The position numbers were made by a program, and so were the translations under genes. A stretch of DNA of 64,000 bases from Nitrososphaeria archaeon. Lineage in GTDB: Archaea; Thermoproteota; Nitrososphaeria; JACIWG01. Below are positions 27,983 through 38,779 of the stretch, piece by piece; positions within the stretch are counted from its first letter, which is position 1; every line of letters begins with the position of its first letter. The stretch is from NCBI GenBank assembly GCA_963752255.1, contig CAVVXT010000007.1:32001-96000 (forward strand). Direction: 5' to 3'. The notes beneath the pieces are model-generated. The model was not told the origin of the DNA and searched no databases. It saw only the letters and a list, made by a program, of their open reading frames with translations.

Positions 27983-28354
27983 GGTAGTCTTCCTTGAAAA
28001 TAACAGAAGTATTTGGATTAGCCAACCTTGAAGCCACCGACCCAACGTAATTTACTGCTTCCTTAGTTACCTTTTTCGTCTCAACCGCGTCTGCGGGGGA
28101 GATGATGACTAAATTAGGTATAACCCTTAGGACGACAATATCTTCGATTATCTGATGCGACCCTCCCATAAAGGTCCAAAGCGTACTTGAATTGTAGAGG
28201 ACAATCTTTACATTAGATTTATCAAAAACTAAATTTTTCCTTATCTGGTTATATGCTTACCTAAAGCAAATATGCGATGACAATGTGTTAAGGGAATCTT
28301 TCCACCAGCGGCAAGGCCTGCAGCTACCGTTATCATATTTGCTTCCGCAATTTC
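27983..28354 (-). pseudogene. Transketolase C-terminal subunit remnant
   Basis: IAEANMITVAAGLAAGGKIP and GGSHQIIEDI..LR.IPNL.IISPADAVET in broken frames. Confidence 0.85.
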
Positions 28355-28355
28355 A

Positions 28356-28445
28356 AAGCACATAAGAAGATTACCCATAATAAAGAACGATACGTTATTA
28401 GGCATTATCACGGCACGTGGCCTTGTTGAAGCGTACGCAAAGTGA
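28356..28445 (+). pseudogene. CBS-domain C-terminal fragment
   Basis: KHIRRLPIIKNDTLLGIITARGLVEAYAK*. Confidence 0.7.
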
Positions 28446-28486
28446 ATTCAAAATTCCTTCCTCTTTCTTAGATTCAAGATAGGAAC

Positions 28487-28561
28487 TGGAGCCCCGAGCG
28501 GGGATTGAACCCGCGGCCTATTGCTTACGAGGCAATCGCTCCACCGCTGAGCTACCGGGGC
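28487..28561 (-). tRNA. tRNA-Thr(CGT), CCA encoded
   Basis: GCCCCGG acceptor; ATTGC-CT-CGT-AA-GCAAT. Confidence 0.95.
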
Positions 28562-28712
28562 ACGTTTTTGCTCTAAAAGCTCAAATTATTTAAGCTTAGT
28601 GCATGAAAAACAGGTAGAACGTTACTCACCCTAGAAAATTTTTATTTACAACGGAACTGCTAGCGTAAGACAGTTGAGTGTTCATTGGTGAAAAAAAGAG
28701 TAATACAAAAGA

Positions 28713-29693
28713 GTGAAGCGGTGGATCTTAATGCTTGACGAGTGGAAAATCATAGAAATTATTATAAATACTGTAGGTCAACCTAAGAAACTTTTTTCTG
28801 AAATTGGAGACGATGTCGCCTGGACCAAAAGAGCTATGAAGAAAGAGAAGTTTGTAATTAAATGCGATATGCTCGTTGGGAAAACGGATATGCCGAAAGG
28901 TATGACACTTAGACAGGCGGCGAGAAAAAGTGTTGTAGCATGCATCAGTGACTTCGTTTGCAAAGGTGTTAAACCCTGGGGTGCACTTATTTCACTGGGT
29001 ATTCCAAGGGGGTTTACAGATGAAAACGTACTCGAGCTAGCTAATGGACTGAAGGACGCGAAGATCGAATATGGAATAGAAATTGTTGGAGGGGACACTA
29101 ATGAGACGTCAGACTTGGTCATCGACTGTGTGATGTTCGGGTGGGCCCGACGAATCGTTAGTAGAGAGGGTGCCTATAGCGATGAAGCGGTCTTAGCAAC
29201 GGGAGACTTCGGTCTGCCGCCTCTGGGGCTTGATATAATAAATGGAGTTAAGCAGATAAAGAGCCCGCGTCTAACTGAAAAAGCAATAAAGTCGGTGCTG
29301 TATCCTAATGTAAGAGTAGATTTTGGCCTAAACGCCAGCAGTAAAAAACTGATGACCTCCTCTATAGATTCTAGTGATGGCCTATCTATATCAATTTACG
29401 AAATAGCGCAGCGGAGCCATGTTGACATCTTCCTTGACGAGTTGCCAATCAATGACACTTTGAAGAATAATAACGAAGTCTCAGATAAGGAAAAGAGAGA
29501 TTACACATTATTTGGGGGGGAAGAATACGAGATAGTGTTTACATGCAAACTCAAGGACTATCCTAAGGTAACAAAAATAGCTGAAGAGACAGCAACACCT
29601 ATCAAAAAGATAGGTCGAACAGTAGAGGGGAACGGAAAAGTGTATTTTAACGACGAAATGCTCGCGAAGAAGGGCTGGGTTCACTTCAAATAA
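28713..29693 (+). CDS. thiL: Thiamine-monophosphate kinase
   Basis: IGDD, ISD, GGDT, DSSDGL, GGEEYEIVF. Confidence 0.92.
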   Translation: MKRWILMLDEWKIIEIIINTVGQPKKLFSEIGDDVAWTKRAMKKEKFVIKCDMLVGKTDMPKGMTLRQAARKSVVACISDFVCKGVKPWGALISLGIPRGFTDENVLELANGLKDAKIEYGIEIVGGDTNETSDLVIDCVMFGWARRIVSREGAYSDEAVLATGDFGLPPLGLDIINGVKQIKSPRLTEKAIKSVLYPNVRVDFGLNASSKKLMTSSIDSSDGLSISIYEIAQRSHVDIFLDELPINDTLKNNNEVSDKEKRDYTLFGGEEYEIVFTCKLKDYPKVTKIAEETATPIKKIGRTVEGNGKVYFNDEMLAKKGWVHFK

Positions 29694-29760
29694 TTTCAAA
29701 TGAGACAACGAAAAGGGAAAGGTTTTTATCTCATCCTTTGAAAGCGTATAACGAGACGAT

Positions 29761-29943
29761 ATGTCTAAGAATTTCACAACAGGACAGACTTGGGGCGCCC
29801 TAAAGAAGGCGTGGAAAGGTTACAAGATTGCTAAAGTTCAGAGTGACAAAGCTAGAATGATGGAATACGCTAAAAGGATAAGGACTTTACAGGAAGAACT
29901 AAAGGTAGAGAAAGCGAAGTTCCCAGACTTAAACCTGTACTAA
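29761..29943 (+). CDS. Small hypothetical protein
   Basis: WGALKKAWKGYKIAK helical 60-aa ORF, reminiscent of Nitrososphaerota small proteins (from memory, unverified). Confidence 0.7.
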   Translation: MSKNFTTGQTWGALKKAWKGYKIAKVQSDKARMMEYAKRIRTLQEELKVEKAKFPDLNLY

Positions 29944-30087
29944 GCTAAGCAAAGGGTGCCACCTCACTTTTTCTTTTTGTCCCAGTAAGATAACTAATGT
30001 TATATTCTATAAAATGTATTATCGTGGAAAAATATTTTTTTATTGTGAAAAAACTTAATTTAAAGGTTGTCAAGGAACCTTTATGAT

Positions 30088-30162
30088 GGGCTCGTGGCTC
30101 AGTTTGGATAGAGTACAGGCCCTCTAAGCCTGGGGTCGTGGGTTCAAATCCCACCGGGCCCG
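30088..30162 (+). tRNA. tRNA-Arg(TCT)
   Basis: GGGCTCG acceptor; CAGGC-CC-TCT-AA-GCCTG. Confidence 0.94.
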
Positions 30163-30225
30163 CTTTACCATTTTGGGATAGATTGCTATTTGGAATGATA
30201 TGCATGAGAAAGGATTGAAGATTAT

Positions 30226-30420
30226 TTAAAAGATGTCACCAATAGTTTTTGCTTTCTTAATCAGATCTATTTTTGTGTATTTTGGTGCCCTTGAAGCTTT
30301 ATTCTTGTCCTCTTTTACAAGTTTTATAGGGCCAACTTGTTCCTTCTTTCCAACAAACACTTCATATTGCAGTTTTTCATATCCAGGTCTGAATTGGGGA
30401 CATGAATTAAACGTATCCAA
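30226..30420 (-). CDS. Hypothetical protein (start uncertain)
   Basis: Lys-rich ORF downstream of 30459-30689. Confidence 0.35.
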   Translation of the reverse strand: MDTFNSCPQFRPGYEKLQYEVFVGKKEQVGPIKLVKEDKNKASRAPKYTKIDLIKKAKTIGDIF

Positions 30421-30458
30421 GAAGGCTCAAAAATATCTGCGTAGTCTATTTTAGGAGA

Positions 30459-30689
30459 TTACTTGGAGATAAAGTCGTCTAGATCGTTTGTTAGACTCCC
30501 AGTTTCCAAAATAAATTCCCTAACAATTTTGTCTATCTTCAACAGTTCTTCCATAATCTCGACCTTTATCAGCTGCCTAATCTTACCGATACCAGAATAC
30601 TTGGATTCGAGCTCCATTACTAGTTTCTCGGATTTGGCCTGAGCCTGCTTTGCAAGCGCAACTATGTTCCATGTGACTCTTGGTTGCAT
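30459..30689 (-). CDS. Hypothetical helical protein
   Basis: 76-aa ORF with ATG start. Confidence 0.55.
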   Translation of the reverse strand: MQPRVTWNIVALAKQAQAKSEKLVMELESKYSGIGKIRQLIKVEIMEELLKIDKIVREFILETGSLTNDLDDFISK

Positions 30690-30788
30690 CGTTAAAGATC
30701 CTTCGGAAGATGCAAGTTTAAGAATTGGTCTGGCTCATAAGAAAAGTTAATATCAGGTCGACATGTTCAAAGAATTAGCGGATAAGGT

Positions 30789-31934
30789 ATGACTGTTAAG
30801 AATATTGGAGTAGGAATGTTAGGTTATGCGTTTATGGGGAAAGCGCACTCTTATGCCTTCAAGAATATGCCTCTTTTCTTTCATCCTGCCCCCGCAATAC
30901 CAGAGCTGGTTTCGATCTTTGGTAGAACAGATTCTAAAGTCGCGGAAGCCGCGCAAAACTTTGGGTTCAAAAAATATACAACCGATTGGCACGAGGTAAT
31001 AGGGGATAAAGAAGTTGAAATTATCGATAACTGTCTTCCCAATGACATGCATCACGATGCATCCATAGAAGCTATTGAAGCAGGTAAACATGTGATATGC
31101 GAGAAACCTCTTGCAATGAACAGTAGGCAGGCAAAGGAAATGTGGGATGTCGCAAGAAAGAGCTCTGTAAAGTCTATGGTCGCTTTCAATTATAGATTCG
31201 TTCCAGCCGTTGGTCTAGCAAGGGAAATAGTAAGGTCAGAAAGACTGGGTAGGATCTACCATTTCAGGGCAAGATACCTTCAACAATGGCTTAGAAATCC
31301 TAACACTCCTCTAGTTTGGAGACTCGATAAAGAAAAGGCGGGAAGCGGACCTATAGGAGATCTCGGTAGCCACGTTTTTGACACCATTCGATTTGTAATG
31401 GGAGAAGTAAAAGCGGTTACAGCTATATCAAAGACGTTCGTCAAGGAAAGACCTTTGCCAACCGATAAAATGAAAAAGGGAAAGGTTTCTGTAGAAGATG
31501 CATTTGAGTCCATCGTTGAATTCGAGAATGGCGCAACAGGTACCGTTGAGGCATCGAGGATGGCAACAGGGAGAAAGAATTTTAACAACTTTGAGATCAA
31601 TGGAGAAAAGGGTTCGATAGAATTCGATATGGAAAGGCTCAACGAACTTCGTTTCTATTCAGAAGAAGGTGATGTAAGTACGATTGGCTGGAATAATATT
31701 CTTGTAACAGAAAGCGTTCACCCTTTCGTATCCCATTATTGGCCTTCGGGGCACGTAATCGGATGGGGAGATACATTCGTGAATGAGATATATCATTTTA
31801 TGGACGTTGTAGTCAACGATAAAAGAGTCGACCCTATTGGTGCGACGTTCGAGGATGGCTACAAGAATAATGTAATATTAGATGCTATCATACAATCTAC
31901 GTTAACAGGTAAAAAAATACCTATAGTGTTCTAA
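30789..31934 (+). CDS. Gfo/Idh/MocA family oxidoreductase
   Basis: GYAFMGKAH, CEKPLA, DLGSH. Confidence 0.93.
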   Translation: MTVKNIGVGMLGYAFMGKAHSYAFKNMPLFFHPAPAIPELVSIFGRTDSKVAEAAQNFGFKKYTTDWHEVIGDKEVEIIDNCLPNDMHHDASIEAIEAGKHVICEKPLAMNSRQAKEMWDVARKSSVKSMVAFNYRFVPAVGLAREIVRSERLGRIYHFRARYLQQWLRNPNTPLVWRLDKEKAGSGPIGDLGSHVFDTIRFVMGEVKAVTAISKTFVKERPLPTDKMKKGKVSVEDAFESIVEFENGATGTVEASRMATGRKNFNNFEINGEKGSIEFDMERLNELRFYSEEGDVSTIGWNNILVTESVHPFVSHYWPSGHVIGWGDTFVNEIYHFMDVVVNDKRVDPIGATFEDGYKNNVILDAIIQSTLTGKKIPIVF

Positions 31935-32052
31935 TGACGTAAACACTTTACAATAACGTATATTAAATCGCAAAAAAATATGTTTTATATATCAAATATA
32001 TTTAACGATTAATTTAAAAAATACTTAAATTAACGAGGGTCTGCTCAATACC

Positions 32053-33762
32053 TTGAAGGAGAAAGCCTTGGCGATAACACGAAAAATAGATTTATACAAG
32101 TTAGAGCTTGGAAAATTCCAGGAGAATGTAGATAGACGTCTAGAGCAATGGAATGCGATCAATTTTATGAGGAGGATTTGGGCAAGGGATCGCACACTGT
32201 GGTCCTCTGAACCGATACCTGAGGTCTCAGATCGCTTGGGTTGGCTTACTTTGCCCGAGATGATGCACGACCAGATAAAAGATTTTACTTCATTCGCCGA
32301 AGAAGTAAAATCAGAAGGAATACGACATGTAGTTCTGCTGGGAATGGGAGGATCGAGTCTAGCTCCTGAGGTCTACCAGAACGTCTTCGGAAACAAAGAC
32401 GGCTTCCCAAAGTTGATGGTCTTGGATAGCACACACCCATCAGCCATAGAAGATGTTGAGAAAAGGATTGTCTTACAGAAAACCCTGTTTTTAGTTTCAA
32501 GCAAATCAGGAACTACAATGGAGACGCTCTCCCTCTTCTATTACTTCTGGAACAGAGTAAAAGGAGCAAACTCGAATGCGTGGCGACAATTTGTAGCAAT
32601 CACGGATCAAGGCACTTTCTTGGATAAAACGGCTAAGGAACGGGGTTTCCGCAAAATTTTTCACGCACCTCCTGATGTAGGGGGAAGGTACTCCGCTTTA
32701 ACAGCCTTTGGCCTGTTGCCGGCAGCGCTTATCGGCGTCGACGTCCATAGCCTATTGGACGATGCTTGGACTATGTCAGAAAACTGCGCTTTCTGTGTGC
32801 CTGCCGATAAAGCATCCTGCTCCATATTGGGCGCGGCTCTTGGAGAGTTAGCAAAAGAAGGCCGAGATAAAGTAACTTTTATGACCTCGCCATCGATAAA
32901 GAGCTTCCCCGTATGGCTGGAGCAGCTTATCGCTGAAAGCACGGGGAAGGATGGTAGAGGAATAATACCGATTGTCGATGAACCGTTAACTGACCTAAGA
33001 AACTACGGCGAAGATCGATTCTTTGTCTTCTTTCTAAACAAGAGCGACGGCCTTGAACCCCGAGAGCTGATGAGCAGGCTCGAAGCTTCTGGACACCCCA
33101 TAATACGTATAGACTTGAACGGAAATGTCAACATATCGCAAGAAATCTTCTGCTGGGAGATGGCTGTCGCTTCGGCAGGGACAGTTTTAGGCGTTAATCC
33201 CTTTAATCAGCCCGACGTGCAGGGAGCAAAAGATCTTGCTAAAGAAATGATGGAGAAGGCGAAAAGAGGGGAACTAGGTGATACATATTCCTATGCTACA
33301 TCGCTTCAGGACCCTGATTCCCTACTTAAAGCCTTAAAGGATCTGTTTAGTCAGGCCAATAAAGGCGATTACGTTGCTATACAGGCATTCCTGCCAAGCT
33401 CTGACGAAGCTTTAAAAGCTCTTCAAAGGCTGCGTTCAGAAATCCTGAATAGATTACATCTGGCAACAATGCTGGGCTACGGCCCCAGGTATTTACATTC
33501 AACCGGCCAGCTTCATAAGGGTGGACCTAAAAGCGGAATATTTCTACAGATCGTAAACGAATTCGATGGCGACTTAGAGGTTCCGGAAACGGAATACACT
33601 TTTGGCACACTAATCCAAGCTCAAGCATTAGGCGAATATCAGACGCTAAAGCGAATGGGACGAAGAATTTTGTGCGTCAACATAAAAAAAGGTACTTTAG
33701 AAGGGCTTTCCAAATTGACTGAAATGATAGGTGAAGTCGACGTGCAAATCAAAAATGGGTGA
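32053..33762 (+). CDS. pgi: Glucose-6-phosphate isomerase (similar to the PGI moiety of bacterial Tal-Pgi)
   Basis: GMGGSSL, SKSGTT.ET, GGRYS, EQLIAESTGK, HSTGQLHKGG. Confidence 0.9.
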   Translation: MKEKALAITRKIDLYKLELGKFQENVDRRLEQWNAINFMRRIWARDRTLWSSEPIPEVSDRLGWLTLPEMMHDQIKDFTSFAEEVKSEGIRHVVLLGMGGSSLAPEVYQNVFGNKDGFPKLMVLDSTHPSAIEDVEKRIVLQKTLFLVSSKSGTTMETLSLFYYFWNRVKGANSNAWRQFVAITDQGTFLDKTAKERGFRKIFHAPPDVGGRYSALTAFGLLPAALIGVDVHSLLDDAWTMSENCAFCVPADKASCSILGAALGELAKEGRDKVTFMTSPSIKSFPVWLEQLIAESTGKDGRGIIPIVDEPLTDLRNYGEDRFFVFFLNKSDGLEPRELMSRLEASGHPIIRIDLNGNVNISQEIFCWEMAVASAGTVLGVNPFNQPDVQGAKDLAKEMMEKAKRGELGDTYSYATSLQDPDSLLKALKDLFSQANKGDYVAIQAFLPSSDEALKALQRLRSEILNRLHLATMLGYGPRYLHSTGQLHKGGPKSGIFLQIVNEFDGDLEVPETEYTFGTLIQAQALGEYQTLKRMGRRILCVNIKKGTLEGLSKLTEMIGEVDVQIKNG

Positions 33763-33820
33763 TAAATGAATGGAATCAGGGGTTACTATTAGGACTTGAC
33801 AGAGATTATACCTCAGCAGT

Positions 33821-35326
33821 TTGGTGGGCATGATGTCAAACGAAGTGGATAAGGGTTCAAGGACCTCGCTGGACCCCCACATATTCGTAATTTTTGGGGC
33901 CACCGGTAACCTCACTCGTAGAAAGCTGTTTCCCGTCATTTACAACCTATCAGCGAAGGGCACGTTGCAGAAAAAGAACATTATATTAGGTGTAGCACAC
34001 AAGCAGGATCAAAATGATCAAAGCTTTCGAATTGAGGGGCTAGAAGTTCTGAGAAACTCAGGTTTACCGACAGACGACAAATTGTATCAGGAATGGTGCA
34101 ATGAATGCCTATACTACCAATCAATAGGAAAGGAAAGCATTGAAGACTTCGAAAAACTTGCCGTGCGGATAAAGGTTCTTGAGCAGGAAAGAAAAATCCC
34201 AAGTAACAGAATATTATATATGGCGATTCCTCCCGAATCTTTTTTGAGCACTATCGAGAACTTGGCGAAGGTCGGACTTAACACTAGTGAAGGGTGGACC
34301 AGATTGGTTGTTGAGAAGCCTTTTGGAGTTAACCTTACTTCAGCCCAAGAGTTAAATAGAACTCTCCATCGTCACTTCGATGAATCACAGATATTTCGGA
34401 TAGACCATTTCCTAGGCAAGGAAACAGTTCAAAACCTAATGGTATTTCGTTTTGGAAACACACTATTCGAAGAGCTTTGGAATCGTGAGCACATAGAAAG
34501 CGTGCAGATTACGGTTGCGGAAGAGGTAGGGATTGAGGGAAGAGCAAAGCTGTACGAGCAAGTCGGAGCATTAGGGGACATAGTTCAAAACCATCTTGCT
34601 CAAATCTTGACATTTGTAGCGATGGAGAACCCTGAACTCTATGAAGCCGATGCAATTCACTACGAAAAACTGAAGGTTTTACGCCAGATCGGACCGATCA
34701 ATCCCGAAGACGTGGTATTCGGGCAGTACACTCATGGAATAGTTGAAGGTCAAGAGGTAAAAGGTTACAGAGAAGAAACTGGCATCCCTCAGAACTTGCA
34801 GACGAATACGTTTGCTTGCATGAAGTTGGAGGTCGCCAACTGGCGCTGGAAAGGTGTCCCATTCTACATTCGAGCAGGTAAACGCTTACCTAGGAGACTT
34901 ACAGAAGTGGTGATCAGATTCCGCGCTCCTCCGGTCTCTCTCTTCCGCTCCTTTGAATCGATTTCTTCCATAAAACCTAACATACTAACGATAATCCTGC
35001 AGCCGGATGAAGGTTTTGAGCTTCAGTTCCAGGTGAAAATGGTTGGGTTTCCTATCAACCTTTCAACTCAGAGATTACACTTCAGATACGCTGAATCATT
35101 TGGGCCTCTACCTGACGCCTACGAAAATCTTCTCCTTGAGATTGTGAGGGGAAATCAAACACATTTCGTAAACTCAGAGATGGTTCTAGAATCATGGAGA
35201 ATCTTTGATCCCCTAACCCGAATGAGCATCCCGGTGAATCCCTATCCCGCAGGCACATGGGGGCCATCAGAGGCAGAGGAGCTTTTAAAAAGACATAAAG
35301 AGACATGGGATAACAGATTAGATTAG
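33821..35326 (+). CDS. zwf: Glucose-6-phosphate 1-dehydrogenase, bacterial type
   Basis: GATGNL, EKPFG, RIDHFLGKE, DIVQNH, RW.GVPF. Confidence 0.95.
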   Translation: MVGMMSNEVDKGSRTSLDPHIFVIFGATGNLTRRKLFPVIYNLSAKGTLQKKNIILGVAHKQDQNDQSFRIEGLEVLRNSGLPTDDKLYQEWCNECLYYQSIGKESIEDFEKLAVRIKVLEQERKIPSNRILYMAIPPESFLSTIENLAKVGLNTSEGWTRLVVEKPFGVNLTSAQELNRTLHRHFDESQIFRIDHFLGKETVQNLMVFRFGNTLFEELWNREHIESVQITVAEEVGIEGRAKLYEQVGALGDIVQNHLAQILTFVAMENPELYEADAIHYEKLKVLRQIGPINPEDVVFGQYTHGIVEGQEVKGYREETGIPQNLQTNTFACMKLEVANWRWKGVPFYIRAGKRLPRRLTEVVIRFRAPPVSLFRSFESISSIKPNILTIILQPDEGFELQFQVKMVGFPINLSTQRLHFRYAESFGPLPDAYENLLLEIVRGNQTHFVNSEMVLESWRIFDPLTRMSIPVNPYPAGTWGPSEAEELLKRHKETWDNRLD

Positions 35327-35329
35327 ACT

Positions 35330-35909
35330 TTATACAAATTCTTGTAGAATATGCGAACAAAGCGCAGCTACGGCGTCTTCCAGTTCTTTTATCGCCCTGT
35401 CCACGTCATCACTTTTAAAAATATAAGAGCTTAAAACTAAAATTGGAGCTCCATAGCTTCTAGGCAAGAGCAGCATTCCTATAGTTCATGCAGCGGTCAA
35501 CTTCCAAAGGGATAGTGCGTAAACAGATCTTAGATTTATTATCTTTTCCAGATTTTTAGGAAGAAACTCCTTACAGTAATTCCCAGGTTAACCGGTCATT
35601 ATCTGTATGTCATCGACCATTTTTACGTAGGGCAAAACAGCGTCGACTATTGTTGAAGGCCTCAGAGACAGGTAAACCTCCCCTCTTCTATTCCTCGCAC
35701 CGTTTACCACATCTTCAGAAATCTCTATCGTTCCTATGTGAACAACGACGATTTTTACTTTCCATGCGTTCTGCTCCATATCCACTCCAAGGTTTCCTGA
35801 CCATCAAGTGAACTTCATACTCATGACTCTTAGGAAGCCTAAAAATGAATTGAAGTGAGACGTTGGGAACGAATTTGCCATACATCACATCAAGTTTAAT
35901 CTTATTCAT
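35330..35909 (-). pseudogene. rpe: Ribulose-phosphate 3-epimerase remnant
   Basis: LDVMYGKFVPN, EVHLMV..P, IMTG*PG, GAPILVLSSYIFKS spread over frameshifts and stops. Confidence 0.85.
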
Positions 35910-36046
35910 TTTGCCAATAACATAGAGTACAAATCTCTTTGCGCCTCCGCTGGTACTACAAGAGTTTCCATTAAGCTCACTCAGCCCTAGATATGCCTGC
36001 CTTTTTAGATCAGCAGAACACTAAACGATGAACGGAGGGTAAGAAG

Positions 36047-36721
36047 TTACTTCTCTATTACGATAGAGCGAGTCTTGGCTCCAAGTTGCTTCAAAAGGTT
36101 TGTCACAGCTTCAACAAATGGATCCGGCCCACATACATAAAAGTTCTGTTTGAAGTCCTTAACCTTCTCTTTTAGAAGATCTCCATTTATCCTGCCACTT
36201 TCGTATCCTGCCCTTCTTTCTCTAGTCAGAGTAAAGATCAAGTTTTCACTGTTCTCTCTGAATAACGTCCTTAACTCGTTTTCCAAAATTATGTCATCAT
36301 AAGTTTTGTTCGAGAATATGAGGGTGTTTCCAGCTATCCCTCCGTCCTTCTTCAGTCTCCTAAGTATCGCTATGAAAGGAGTGATCCCTGCGCCTCCGGC
36401 GATAAATACACCAGGACCCGCATACTGGATGGTTCCAAATGGCTCCCTTATGATCAATTCTGACCCCGGCTCTAGTTTATGCAGTTGATCGGTTACACCT
36501 TTATGTTCAGGATATCTTTTAATGGTGAACTCGAGGACAAGGTCCTCGTTTAGAGAGGTGAAGGTGAACTCTCTAAGCTTTCTCATCCATCCAGCTTTAT
36601 TTATGGATATGAGTGTGGCTTGCCCTGGAATATAATGGAGTCCTTTTGGCTTCTCCAGAACAAACCTTTTAACATTATGTGTAACGTGCTCTGTCATCAG
36701 AATTTTTACAACCTGCCTCAT
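36047..36721 (-). CDS. FNR-like FAD/NAD(P)-binding oxidoreductase
   Basis: PGQ, REFT, AGGAGITPF, YVCGP. Confidence 0.9.
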   Translation of the reverse strand: MRQVVKILMTEHVTHNVKRFVLEKPKGLHYIPGQATLISINKAGWMRKLREFTFTSLNEDLVLEFTIKRYPEHKGVTDQLHKLEPGSELIIREPFGTIQYAGPGVFIAGGAGITPFIAILRRLKKDGGIAGNTLIFSNKTYDDIILENELRTLFRENSENLIFTLTRERRAGYESGRINGDLLKEKVKDFKQNFYVCGPDPFVEAVTNLLKQLGAKTRSIVIEK

Positions 36722-36968
36722 AATTGAGTAAAGGTGTATTCTCGTTTAAAAATGTTTATCTTGAAGGCCGCAAGAGATTTCACATAAAAAGATCGCGACG
36801 GCTACCCATTGTTTGTCCTACGCTTTGGCAGACCACATGACTTGCAGGCTTGAATCTCCTTTGAGTTTATTGAGGTACTTGATCACGCTCACGATAAAGA
36901 TAATATGAGATAATAATATGAGATGACCCGATTTTTATCGTAAATCGAGTCTTTAATGTTTAAGGCCT

Positions 36969-37751
36969 TCATTCTATGATTCTTCTAATCGTTACAGAGG
37001 CTATGGCCAAGAACAGTACAGTAAAGGCCACGAGGACTACAATATCAACAAGAAGATTGGAGTAGTCTCCCGTAAGAAGCATAGATCTTACCGCGTCGAC
37101 GACGTAACTCAGCGGGTTGAATTTGGATATGAATTGCAGCCAGGCAGGCATCAAAGAAATAGGGTAGATAGCGTTACTGGCGAAGAAAAGTGGCATTGTT
37201 ATCGCCTGACCAATGCCCATCATCCGATCGCGAGTTTTAAGGAAGGAAGCAAGGATCATCGATAAACTGGAAACGCACATGGCAAATACGACGATCACCG
37301 CAAGAACGCCCAATTCATCCAATGGATCGAACCTTAGGTTAACGCCGATGATCAGAGCTAGGGCGAAAATCATAACAGCCTGGAACAACCCTCTAACACT
37401 TGCCGACAACGCCTTCCCAACAATGATCGAAGACCGAGGCGAAGGTGTCGATAACAGCTTGCTAAGTAGACCGGCGTCCCTCTCCCAGACAACAGTTATT
37501 CCATAGAAGATGGCTACGAACAAAACCGACTGCGCTAACACCCCCGGTGTAATAAATTGAGTGTAGGTGAAATTTCCTATAAACTGAGTGATCCCTCGGA
37601 TAGCACTAAACACAGTCCCGAACAACAGAAGCCAGAGGGCGGGTTGAACAAGACGTGTCCATAATTCTGTGGAGTCATGGCGTATCTTTCTAGCCTCCAT
37701 CTCTGCTATAGTCAGTGAGCTATTGATGAATTCTCTGAACATGTTTCTCAA
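36969..37751 (-). CDS. ABC-2 type permease
   Basis: QPALW, WERDAG, NPLSYVVD. Confidence 0.92.
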   Translation of the reverse strand: MRNMFREFINSSLTIAEMEARKIRHDSTELWTRLVQPALWLLLFGTVFSAIRGITQFIGNFTYTQFITPGVLAQSVLFVAIFYGITVVWERDAGLLSKLLSTPSPRSSIIVGKALSASVRGLFQAVMIFALALIIGVNLRFDPLDELGVLAVIVVFAMCVSSLSMILASFLKTRDRMMGIGQAITMPLFFASNAIYPISLMPAWLQFISKFNPLSYVVDAVRSMLLTGDYSNLLVDIVVLVAFTVLFLAIASVTIRRIIE

Positions 37752-38779
37752 CCCCCATGTCTCATGAAGCTCCGTCGAGTTTGGCGCGCCTGGCTAAAAC
37801 TCTCTGCCTCTTCTATTCTGACTTTGGCGTATTTTAGAAATACGTCATCTAAGCTCGGTTTATTCAAGGAAATAGTCTCTACATCAGACCCTTGGGACTC
37901 GAAAAATTCTACGATCTTCGGTATAGCTTCTTCCCCGCTATTGGTCAAAATATCGACTGTTCCTCCTGCATTTCGAACAACTTTCCCTATCTCGGCCGGC
38001 AGCAAAGCATTATCAAAACTTCCGCCAAGCTTAACTGCGACCATGTCGCCCCCCACACTCTTCTTCAATTCTCTTGAGGTGCCTGAGGCAACGAACTTTC
38101 CCTCGTTCATAATCACTATCCTACTACACAACTCGTCGGCTTCACTCATATCGTGGGTTGTAATGAGTACTGTCATTTTGAATTCCTTGTTCAGATTTTT
38201 GATGTTCTCCCACACCTGTCTCTTAGAAGACGGATCTAGGCCTATGCTAGGCTCATCGAGGAATAAGACGTGAGGTCTACTAACCACCGCCTCCGCAATC
38301 TCCAACCTCCGCATCATGCCACCCGAGTAGTGTTTGACCAAGTCATTAGCCCTTTCGACTAGCCCCATCTGCTCAAGTGCTTGAGCAATCCTCTCATCCC
38401 TGTCCTTCTTACTTACATAGAACAGTTTAGAGAAGATTAGAAGGTTCTCGTAGCCCGTTAAATCACCGTCAGCTGAAATAGCCTGCGGTACATAGCCCAT
38501 CATCTGCCTTGCCTTTGAAGGTGAACCTAATGCATCGATTCCACATATCCTGATAGATCCTGACGTAGTTCTCGTCAGCCCCATTATCATCTTAATAATC
38601 GTCGTCTTACCGGCGCCATTTGGCCCCAGGAGGCCGAAGATCTCTCCTTCTTGTACAGAAAAATTCACATCATCGACAGCCCTGAAATTTGGTGGATAGA
38701 CCTTAGTTAGGTCGACTACTTGTATGGCTGCATTTTGTTCAACTTGAGTGATGGGTTCCATTGTGAGTGCACCCATCAC
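37748..38779 (-). CDS. DrrA-type ABC ATP-binding protein
   Basis: GPNGAGKTT, YSGGM, LDEP. Confidence 0.94.
   Translation of the reverse strand: MMGALTMEPITQVEQNAAIQVVDLTKVYPPNFRAVDDVNFSVQEGEIFGLLGPNGAGKTTIIKMIMGLTRTTSGSIRICGIDALGSPSKARQMMGYVPQAISADGDLTGYENLLIFSKLFYVSKKDRDERIAQALEQMGLVERANDLVKHYSGGMMRRLEIAEAVVSRPHVLFLDEPSIGLDPSSKRQVWENIKNLNKEFKMTVLITTHDMSEADELCSRIVIMNEGKFVASGTSRELKKSVGGDMVAVKLGGSFDNALLPAEIGKVVRNAGGTVDILTNSGEEAIPKIVEFFESQGSDVETISLNKPSLDDVFLKYAKVRIEEAESFSQARQTRRSFMRHGG

Noticed and set aside
27882-28169. 95-aa ORF as an intact gene
   Set aside because: Only the first ~60 aa are transketolase-like; the tail reads through tRNA-Leu.
29945-30205. 86-aa minus-strand ORF
   Set aside because: GPVGFEPTT is the typical antisense translation of a tRNA (tRNA-Arg 30088-30162).
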